Assembly (NCBI RefSeq): GCF_009914755.1
Contig: NC_060931.1
DNA: 64,000 nt
Reading direction: 5' to 3' (one strand)
From: the human T2T-CHM13v2.0 reference genome, Homo sapiens
A program made the translations under genes and the position numbers. How positions within the stretch are numbered: position 1 is the first letter of the stretch; each line of letters opens with the position of its first letter. Of this stretch, positions 53,713 through 64,000 are shown in pieces. The notes below the pieces were generated by a model. That model saw nothing but the letters and a program-made list of their open reading frames with translations, was not told the DNA's origin and did not search any database.

Positions 53713-55159
53713 AAAAGAATGGCCAATTACTGGAAACTCTACCTGCAAACATAGGAAGCACGAACAATATATCTGGTTTGTACTCCTTTGTTCCTTCCCT
53801 TTTAGCTATGTACCAGTTGCTAAATAGAAAGAAGAAACTACCTTTCGCTGCCATTTCTTTTAAAATCACTACTAATACAATTTCCTTGAAAATTGCCTGT
53901 AACAATTGCGATAGCTTGAGAGAATGCTGTCTCTTCAGCCATAATTTTGTGAACAACAGTGCTTCCAGCCAGTTATCTTTCTGTACAACTTGTATTAAAA
54001 TTTGTTCAGTCTGGATCTCTCCTCATCCTATCAAATTAAAACTTCCCTATCCATGGAACTGCCCATGAAACAGTCATTTTGATTATAATCAAAGCCAATG
54101 GCTGGCTATTGACTCAAGGGTGACATCGTATTCTCATATAAAGCTATAAAGGACATGAGATTATAACCATGGTCCAGGCTGTTTTAATAGAATTTGATAA
54201 TATTTCTAAGAATTCTGTTTTTAAATGAATAGTGGTTGAGGTGTTATGTGTTATACTGATTCATTGATGTTAGAAATCAAAAAATTAGCTTAAAACTGAA
54301 AAAATCTAATAAAGATATTACAGAAGAAAATTGCATTATAACTTTATCTGCTAGGATATTTTAAAATTTATAATTGAAATACAAACCTATTTCAATGGAG
54401 ATACATTTTCACCTTGTAGATAGTTGCTTATTACTAAGAGGAGATTTTATTTTTCTGACTTTTTAAGTTTTACACATGAATTTGGTATAGAATCCCATGC
54501 CCTGATGCTAAAGTCATCTAGGTAGACACATTGAAAAACATTCAGCAATAATCCCTCTACTTCTAAATACCTTCACTCCAACAGAAGTTGGGTGCTAAAA
54601 AATATGTAAGATTTGGATAGTGGAAATAAAATTGGACTTTTTTGTCCATTTAGCATAAAATTTATAATTCCTCAGCAGGTGGCATAGGGCTTTCAAATTC
54701 GCATGCATCCTCTCATTTGGCACTATTATAACCTTCTAGTTAGAGTTATAGCATGACGTTCTGGTCTAACTATAAATAGGGTTCACTTTTACTCTCAAAA
54801 GTATTCCATCTTAGTGAAAAATTATATAGTCAGTTTACTTATAATTAGGGAGGATTTTATTATCTCCAAATTATATATGAGAAGGCAGACTCAGATTTTG
54901 AATTGTCTAATTGTTATTGGTTTGTTTAATGCTGTATATAAAAAGAAGACCAAAACTCTAGTTTCCTAGTTTCTCAAATACATATTTCCTTAGAACCAGA
55001 ATCTATAGCATGATATAACTAGGCATTTGGTAAATGCTTCCCAAATAAACTGTTTTTAGATCATAAGTGAATGAGTATAGTGTGAGACAATGGTAAAGGA
55101 AACTGCACTTACAGAATATTTACTTTGTCCATTGGAGTAACATTTGTTGTATAATTAAA

Positions 55160-55305
55160 TCCCCATAATACCTCTAATTAACACAAGTGCAAGTCTCCCA
55201 TATTATAATGAGGAAAGTGAGGTTCAGAGAGTTTAAGTGACTTGCTGTCTTAGATGTAGCTGGTAAATGACCCAAGATCTGATTGCAAAAACTACTCTAT
55301 ATCAC
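55160..55305 (-). mobile_element. MIR
   Basis: ATGAGGAAAGTGAGGTTCAGAGAGTTTAAGTGACTTGC. Confidence 0.7.
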
Positions 55306-58174
55306 AATGTTTTAAAGCTGTAGCCTCAAGTATACCATGAATGCAAAGTACAGCCTTTTCAGTGCAATCATTAGAAACCATGAAATGTTACAGAATCTAG
55401 ACCTTGTTTCATAGAAAATGGAGAGAAAGAAATGTTAAGAAATTCAACTGAAAGCTCACAGCTTATTGGTAGGTGTTTTGATTCTTTATTTCTTAGCAGG
55501 CTGCCTCTCATAACTTCTAGAAGATGAATATTTGCAGCACAAACTATGGAACAAGCTACTACTGGCTTCCAGCTACTACTGGAGTCAGAGCCAGTTAATC
55601 TGGAAGCCATTGCTTTAAATTCTAGAAAATCCTTGTTGGATGAAAGCCTGTATGCATGTTTGGAAATAAAATATTTCTTTTCTCTTTCATTTTGTTTTCA
55701 CTTTCTCTTTTCCATTTTTTTTCCTTTTGACTACCACATAAAACAATTACCAGCTGGTGGAGATTGAACACAAACAGAGGACAATGAAGTATATTGAAGT
55801 CTGGGAAGAAAATCTTGCAGTTAGAATTAGCAATTGAACCTTGATTTCCACTACATTTGTATTCCAGATAACCTGTTTGAGGAGGGACCGATTGTTCTAT
55901 TTGTTTTCGTTTATACTAATACCCAAAGACAATGTCTTTTGAGAGACTAACATTTGGTGGAATTTCCAATTTCATATGAGATACATAGCTTTGATTAAAT
56001 TCTATACCGTTTAAGCCATAGACATACATGATCCAAAACACAGTATATTTTGTATGCTACACTACCAAATATCTAATTAGAAATTTTGTTCCTTGAGTGA
56101 ATAAAGATCTGTAAGTAAAAATAGGCTGGCTACTTGCAGGGAGAAAGTTTTGGGTGGTAGAGTTTTAAAGGTGACTTTTCTGGTTTAGAAAATCAAACGT
56201 AGCGCTTCACCTAGAGTTTTCTGGGAAAATAACATACTACTTAAACTCACAGGACACTGATAAGTTTGAAGGTCTATTGATTGATCTTTCTGTAATTTTA
56301 CAGTATTATCTGGGAAAATAACAGAGACAGATTACTTGATGAATTGTGCTGGAAACTTGCTGTTGAATTCTTGGTCCTTGGCTCTTTAGACTCCTTATAG
56401 ACATTTGTTTTTGTTAATGCATCTTCTTTAAATTCTATTTAAAAATTTCATGGGCATATTCTTTTTGGCTTTGGTGCATGCTCCAGACGTTTCAAGTGAC
56501 ACAGAAGCCCGAATTTGAAATTATAAGAAAATAAGAAGGCTTTAGGAAGTAAAGGCAATGCTTGCAAAGAACTTTATGGAAAATTTTGACTACAAAAGGA
56601 AAGGTAGTACAGTTAGTTGCGAGAGCAGTAGCATCAAGTGAAGATGGAGTTGCTTCCCTCTCCTTTCCTTTCTTTGGATGAGTTGGTGAATTTGAAGACA
56701 GATTGCACAGAGTTAACGAGGGGAAGACAGTGAAGTTACATAAGGGGCCGAATGAAAAGGAGACATGAGGATACAGACAAAGGCATGGGAAGCCAGGTTA
56801 ACCATGAAAATGAGAAGGTTGCTTCTTCCTTTCATAACTCAGCCTAAAAAGAACTCAGAACATGCAGAAATCAAGAGGGAGAAACATAGAGTACTCATAT
56901 CTCATGAGCTCCATCCTACCACAAAAGAGCAGAGTATATGGTTGGGTGGGAATTGGTAGCTTGAAATAACTAGAGGTTTAGGATCATCATTGCAAGCAAC
57001 ACCCATGGAATGGTATATACCAAAAATAAATTTCCAGGAGAGAAATAAATTCTAAATGAAATTTAAAAGGTGGATGTGGAGTCAGTAGCTAACACAGTGT
57101 TTTGTGCTATAGTGACAAACATAGTTTTAGTCATAATGCTGCCATAGCTAAAGGTGATTGATAAGACCAAAAAACAGGTCATATCATTCCTTGAACCTAA
57201 GAAAACAATAACCTTCTTCAACTTGGGATAGAAACTGTTTGTTAAAACAGGGTTTTTGTTTTTGTTTGTTTGTTTTTCAGTATTCTACTCAATGTCACGA
57301 GACAGTGGAAATTTGTTGTTCATCTTTGCAGCTGAAACATGGTAAAATCTGGATCAAATCCCATAATTTCTTAGTTTCACAAGTGTTTAACACAGGACTA
57401 TAAAAAATAACACCACTAGCAGCAACTTATATTTGAATGCAATGCTACTCCCTTTCAAATGATAGTGAGACTTAAGACTCATCTGAGAAGACTATTCACT
57501 TTGAGGGTAATGACTCTATTAATAATACAGACAACTATGTGTATGGGACCCTGCTGTTGACTGAGAGAGCTGGGTGTTCTCTCCCTGATTTCGGTTTTGG
57601 AAAAGCAATAGAATTTCCCTATTCCCTCTTATGTCAAACTGCATTAACGGTAATAGGCACATTTCCAAAAATTGTTAACCATTTTTAGAGAATGTTATTA
57701 GTTGCCCTGGCATGCCAAGAAAATAGCCTTCAAATTGTAAACACATGTAGAAAGGCTCAGATGAAAAAACAAAAACAGAAACAGAAATTCAAGAAATTGT
57801 ACACCCCATCTCCTGCCACACCTAACATCATTATTCATTTCTTTCTTTTAAAAGGAATTTTTTCATTCTTACTGTCAGTCGTCACAAACCATAGGCAAAT
57901 AAGTGGTGTTTTACTTGGCAGCAGGTTTCAGATTGCAATCTTTTTTTCCAATCTCACTCAGAAATCTGATCCACTAATGCTTATCAACTGCTCTTCACAA
58001 CTGAAATCAAGTGTGTTTAGTACCCCATTGATAAAAGTAGAAAAAATACATTTAACTGGAGCATGTCCAAAGGGAGGTTGGGTATTAGGTTAGGTAAACC
58101 CTGATTACTGAAGTTATTTACCATCTGCCTAAAAATAAAAATGCTGCATTTGTTCAGGTATACATCTTTCCTCA

Positions 58175-58592
58175 AGACAGGCATGTGTTTCAGGGGAATC
58201 TGACCCCATCCTTGCTCTAATGAGTAGATTAATACAATTATTCTAATTTTTTTCCCAGTGACTAGTTACCACGAAATTGTGTGACCCTGTGATCCAATGT
58301 TGGTGAATGAGGCTTGAGAGGATCACTTGAGAAAGAGGCCTTAGGGAGGATTATCCCAGTTCGGCCTCTGGATGTCTTTCCTTCCAGACCTGATGGAGCC
58401 ATCCTGCTACCAGCTTGAGGTTGAATCTAAGATACAAAGAAGGAAAGAACAAGAGAATCACAGGAAAAGCAGAGCTGGAGTTCTGAGGTACTGCACCTAG
58501 AACTAGCCGTACCTATGATTCTCTTATTAATAAGCAATAAATTCCCAGTTAAGTCAGATTTTTTTTCAGTTACATACATCCCAAATGAAACA
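58175..58592 (+). mobile_element. Old MLT1 (J/K/L-like) LTR
   Basis: CCCAGTGACT, GCCATCCTGCTACCAG, AATAAATTCCC..TTAAGTCAG..CCCAAATGAAACA end. Confidence 0.6.
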
Positions 58593-58644
58593 GTAGATTA
58601 TGGTATTTTGATAAACTGCTTGTCTTGAGGTTGTAGACCAATTG

Positions 58645-58845
58645 CTTGTGTAGTGGAATGAGAGGCATTGCACCGTATATCAGTGGTTCTAGGTTCTAGT
58701 TCCAGTGGCATGATTTCCAAACTCTCCCACTTTGGCCAGAGGAAGTCCTCTTGTCTGCTTGCCAATCAGGTTGTTGGAAGGATTATATGAGATTAGACGT
58801 AAGAAAACTTTTTAGATAGTGAAGTGTTATGCAATCTATTGTTAT
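58645..58845 (+). mobile_element. MIR fragment
   Basis: GTGTAGTGGAATGAG..GGTTCTAGTTCCAG..GGTTGTTGGAAGGATTATATGAGAT. Confidence 0.55.
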
Positions 58846-59124
58846 AAATCTAACTGACTTTATATTCTGAAAAGATTTTCTTCATCTTTAATGCCCATCA
58901 CGATGCTGAATGTTTTAGTCTATCAATAAATATTTACTAAATGAATATTCATCACTGTGAATGAGATTTTTGGTAGTTTCTTAGACTTAAGAAACCTAGG
59001 GTTTATTCTAAGCCAAAGACAATCTAAAATGTGTCACAAAGAGCTTTCTTTTTTTATAGCCAGTTGTGGAGTGGTTTATTTTTTAATGAGTGCTCCAAAA
59101 TGATAAAGAATTATGATTGCCGTA

Positions 59125-59360
59125 TATTATAAGTACTCTATTGGGTACTTGAGCTAGGTTGTCTCATTACTTCTCTTATGCACAAAAATATCCTTTATGG
59201 TAAGTATTATTGTAGTGTTTTGTAGGTGAGAAAACTTGGTCTTAGAGATTAAAGTGCTATCACTTGCCTTATGCAAAATAAATAATAAAAACTAGAGCTA
59301 AGAAAAGGCCTAAATCTATGTGATTCAAAAGCTTTTTACTTTTTCTTATTTCACTTGCCA
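59125..59360 (-). mobile_element. MIR fragment
   Basis: CCTTTATGGTAAGTATTATT..TGTAGGTGAGAAAACTTGG..AGAGATTAAAGTG. Confidence 0.55.
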
Positions 59361-60184
59361 GCATGAAGATGCAGTTTATCAATCTGAATAGGCTGAAGTT
59401 AAAATAATGAGACTAAATACCAATTTCTTTCTACCTTCCTTGTTCCGGGCCTAAAATCCAGATAAAAAATAATGTGATTTAAATTCAGTTTCTTTCCTTT
59501 CTCTCTTGTCCAACAGTCCATCTTTGTCATCACCCCAGCTAGCAGCATTACTTGATTGCCCACAAGATCAGAATTTCAAAACAAACTTTTCAGACACTCA
59601 TTTTTGCACTTTCCTGCATTTGTACAATCGAGTATAAATTTTATGGTCCATCAAAATACAAGTGTTTGTCCATAACTGAATTCTCACTAAAAACATTTTT
59701 GCTATAGTAACTTACAAAAATGTTTTACCCAAAATTCACACCCTGAATCTCGAACTACTATAATGAAACATTAAGTTGACTGGCAGCATGTATTCAAGTA
59801 TGTTGAGTACATGTGGTTGTCTTTTGATTATTCTCCCAAAGGAATCACGTCTTGTGCTCACATAGTCTAAAAATGTTGGTTATTAATACTGTTATATCCC
59901 CTATATTACTGACTGAAAATATCTTCTCATAAACTGGAGAAATCTGAGGAAAACAGGTGAGTTTCAGGGAATTTTTTTAAAAACCCTGATAATTACAAGA
60001 AAAGTTGAAGGTCACAAAGTACATTAACATAGGTGATTACAATATAAATAAAGGCCATGAACATGTTGCTGTCTACATGCATACTATCATGTTTTTTTAT
60101 TCAAGTGAGAAAATATCTATAAACTGTAAAAATGTTATTAATCCTGGAAAGTTTTACTTTGTAATAGGGCATAACATAACATGT

Positions 60185-60515
60185 AGTTTAAAATTGAGGT
60201 ACACTTTATATACAGTGAAATGTTCACATTTTATGTATATAGTTTGGTGAGTTTTGATAATACATTTATACTTGTAACCCACAATCTTATCAGGACATTG
60301 CATCATCCCAGAAGGTTTTCTTATGACAATTTGTGGTCAACGTCTGATTCCCCAAGCCTCAACCATTGTGATTGTTATAATCACAAATAAGCTTTCTCAT
60401 TTTATAACTTAAAATAAATTTAATCATTCAGTATATATGTGGATCTTTTAAATCAACAAAATGTTTTTGAGAATCAATAATACTGTTGCATGTATCAGTT
60501 CATTCTTTTTTAAAT
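60185..60515 (-). mobile_element. Old L1M 3' end
   Basis: ATTGAGGTACACTTTATATACAGTGAAATG..GAGTTTTGA..CATCCCAGAAGG. Confidence 0.65.
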
Positions 60516-60754
60516 TTACTTTTTATAAAAAATAGTAAAAGAAACACTTTGTAGAGAATTTTACAAAATCAGAAATGAGAGCAATAAGGGAAAAGGTTAA
60601 GAGCAAAGAGGAGTCAATACAACAATTAGTGTGATTTTCTGTTCTTTACATAATTTTTATTTTGATTTTTTATCTAGCCTAATTTTTAAGAAGTCTATTA
60701 ATTTTATGATATTTTTTCAACAGAAAGAACTTGAACTACTTTTTTCTTTTTAAA

Positions 60755-62545
60755 CCTTATTTTAATGTATTTTTGATTTTATAATATTTTAGGTTTACAG
60801 AAAAGTTATAAATACAAAGTTACCATAAACCTTAACAGCAGTTTTTCCTGTGATTAACATGTTACATTAATATGCTACATTTGTCACAATTAATAAACCA
60901 GTGCAATACATTATTATTAATCAAAGTCCACACTTTATTCAAACTTCTTTAGCTTTTACCTAATGTCTTTTTTCTGTTCCAGGATCCCAACCAACTAAGT
61001 TGTCACAACACATTTAGTCACCATGTCTTCCTAGCCTCCTCTAGATCATAACAGTTCCTTGGATTTTCTTTGTTTTTGATGGCCTTAGCATTATTGAGGA
61101 GTATTGGCCCACTGTTTTCTAGAGTGACCCTCACTGGGAGTTATCTGATGTTTTTCTGAGGATCAGACTAAGGTTGTGAGTTCTTGGGAGGAAGTTCACA
61201 GAGATTTAGTGCTATTCTCAACATATATCAAGGGTATACACTGTCAATAGGACTTACTGTTGATATTAGTCTTGATCACTTGGCAGAGGTAGCATTTGTC
61301 AGGTTTCTTCACTGTAATGTGCCTGCATTTCCCCTTTTATTCCATATTTTTTAGATGGGAATCAAGATTTAAGACACTTAAGAAGTGGACAGTTATGCTG
61401 TAATTTCGTGATGGCAGAGTATCTACATAAATTACTTGAAATTCTTCTGCACAATATGTTTGTCTGTTTTTTCCCATTTGTTTGTTTGGTTATTTATTTC
61501 TATCAATGTGGAGTCATGAATATTTATTTCATACTTTTATTATAATCCAACACTACTTTATTTATTTGATTGCTCAAATTGTTCCAAAGGCAGCTATTGC
61601 AAACTTTTTTAGTTGGCTCCTGTGTCCTTTGACATACCCCCATCATTTTTTGTGTGTGTGTTTAGTACTTCCTCAGTTTCTGGCACTTATAACATGGTCC
61701 TGTGTAGTCCTAGAACCAGTCAATTCTCTAAAACTTTTTGTCCCTTTTATTGCAGAATGATATTAGAAACAAAGATCTGGGTGCTAGGTGTCTTTACTGC
61801 TGTTGGGGTGTCTTTGTTTCAGGTCCTCTCAAGTGACAGGGTAAGAAAATATATGTGTGTATACTGACATGTTTATATGCAATTTTATGTCTATCTTCTA
61901 TCTCCATCTGGATCTATATTAAGTTAAACAAAAATCATAGTGACATCTCCAATTTTATTATCACAGGCTTATTCTAGCCTTCTCCTCTTTTCTTGTTTAT
62001 AACCTCCTGTGCCCCCAGTGAGAAACCTGGCTCCCATCATCCTCCATTCATTTACTTATTCAGTTACAGAATATGTTTATAACAATTTCAGCATTGTTCA
62101 CCCACCCCTCTGTGCAAGACAGTTTATTAAATAGAATACAGTGCTTATGTGCAGATTCTTTTGCCTTCAGTCTTTCAGACTACAATTATTTTCAGTTACT
62201 TGTCAGCACCTTTTTGACCAACCCCTTTAAGCGAGGTTGTTTTATAGTATTGTGATGTTATCTGTAGGTTTTTATAAGTGTTGTTTATCAAGTTGTACAA
62301 GTTACTTTATATTTCTAGTTTGCTGAGAGTTTTAATCATAATGACTATTGTATTTTGTCAATTGCGTTTTCTGCATCAATTGATATGATCATATAATTTT
62401 GATTCCTTAGCCTGTTGACGTGGTAGAAAACATTAATTGATTTTCAAATACGGAACCAGTCTTGCATACCTGCAATAAATTCCACATATTTGTGGTATAT
62501 AATTCTTTTTATACATTGTTGGATTCTAATTGGTATCCTTTTATG
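60755..62545 (-). mobile_element. L1MD/MC long 3' UTR plus ORF2 fragment
   Basis: TTTAGGTTTACAGAAAAG, TTCTGTTCCAGGATCCCA, TTTGTCAGGTTTCTTCACTGTAA, CAAAGATCTGGGTGCTAGGTG. Confidence 0.8.
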
Positions 62546-62692
62546 TTTCTTCAGTGGTTTATTTTAATGTTAATTGAGAAAAAATGAAACAGTGAAGTGC
62601 ACAAATCATGAATGGATACAGCTCAATGAACATTTCATATATAAATACATAAACAACACACAGATAAAGATGTAGAATAACTATTAAAATGA

Positions 62693-62977
62693 GGCCGGGT
62701 GCAGTGGCTCATGCCTGTAATCCCAGCACTTTGGGAGGCCAAGGTGGGCAGATGACCTGAGATCAGGAATTCAAGACCAGCCTGGCCAAAGTGGTGAAAT
62801 CCCATCTCTACTAAAAATAGAAAAATTAGCCGGAGATGGCGACGGGTGCCTGTAATCCCAGCTACTCAGGAGGCTGAGGCAGGAGAATCGCTTGAACCCA
62901 GGAGGCAGAGGTTGCAGTGAGCCGAGATCATGCTATTGCACTCCAGGCTGGGCTATAAGAATGAGACTCTGTCTCAG

Positions 62978-63009
<32 letters not shown>

Positions 63010-63010
63010 A
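62693..63010 (+). mobile_element. AluSx-like
   Basis: GACCTGAGATCAGG..CCAGCCTGGCCAA, GAGAATCGCTTGAACCC, A-rich tail. Confidence 0.9.
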
Positions 63011-63119
63011 TCAAAAATCAAACAGACTGTCTCATGCACCCTCCATAACAGCACTCCATAACAGCTCTCCAAAGAAATGACAAGAATTCAGACCTCTTTA
63101 CAACACAGTTATTTTGTGG

Positions 63120-64000
63120 TAATTTTTATTGTGGTGAAAAAAACATGTAAAATTTACCATTTTAAACATTTTTAAGTGTACAATACAGTAGTGTTAACTA
63201 TATACATATTGTTGTACAGCAGATCTCTAGAACTTTTTCATCTTCAAACAAACTCATTTTCATTGAACAGATACTTCCTATTTCCTCCTTCCTTACACTG
63301 TTAACCACACTTTACTTTCTCTTCCTGTAAGTTTGACTATTTCATAAATCTCACAGAAGTGGAATAACACAGTATTATTTTTGAAACTGAGTTATTTCTC
63401 ATAGCATAATATTTTCAAGCTTCATCCATGTTTTACCATATGACAGAATTTCCTTCCTTTTAAAAGCTGAATGAAATTCCGTAGTATGTATATAACACTT
63501 TTTCTTCATTCATTCCTTGATGGACATTTCGATTGCTTTCATCTCTTAGCTATTGTGAATAATGCTCCAATGAACGTGGATGTACAAATATCTCTTTGAG
63601 ATCCTGTTTTCAATTCTTCTGGATATATACACAGAAGTGAGGTTGCTGGATCATATAATTCTATTTCTATCTTTTGAGGAAAATCCACACTGTTTTTTAA
63701 CAGTGGCTGTACTATTTTACATTTCCACCAACAAAGCGCAAGGATTTCAATTTCTTCACATCCTTACCAACACTTGTAATTTTTTTGATTTTGATAATAG
63801 TAATGAGTATGGGGTAATATTTCAATATGGTTTTGATTTTCATTTCTCTGATAATTAGTAATCTTGAGCATTTTTTTCATATGTTTGTTGGCCATTTTTA
63901 CATCTTCTTTGTATAAATATCCAAACAAGTCTTTTGCCCATTTTTTAATTGGGATATTTGATAGTTTTGCTGTTGTTTAGTTGCAAGTGTTTTTATATAT
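63120..64000 (-). mobile_element. L1MB 3' end, runs off the window
   Basis: AAATTTACCATTTTAAACATTTTTAAGTGTACA, GATCTCTAGAACTTTTTCATC, ATATCTCTTTGAGATCCTG. Confidence 0.8.

Overview
AT-rich primate genomic DNA, and human-specific by the presence of an AluYa5. It has no CpG island and no supportable protein-coding gene: the supplied ORFs are Alu/L1/Tigger-derived or chance frames. The one recognisable gene is the microRNA hairpin MIR4652 (+, 37228-37305). From recall rather than a search, this places the window on chr7q21.3 between CALCR and TFPI2/GNGT1. The rest is largely transposon debris: about 15 Alu-family elements (FAM to AluYa5), L1PA/L1M fragments, long L2 tracts, MIRs, a full-length Tigger1, Charlie1/MER20/MER58A/MER63/MER5/MER102/ORSL hAT elements, and MLT1/LTR33/MER50/ERVL remnants. 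I see no evidence of a new multi-gene system. The unexplained structure is local: a ~270 bp old duplication spanning a TE junction, a 22 bp templated insert in a TA tract beside the miRNA, two micro-Alus with TSDs, an apparently twin-primed ancient L1, short perfect duplications and a speculative enhancer motif cluster. Repeat subfamily names come from recalled consensus sequences, and boundaries of old repeats are approximate.
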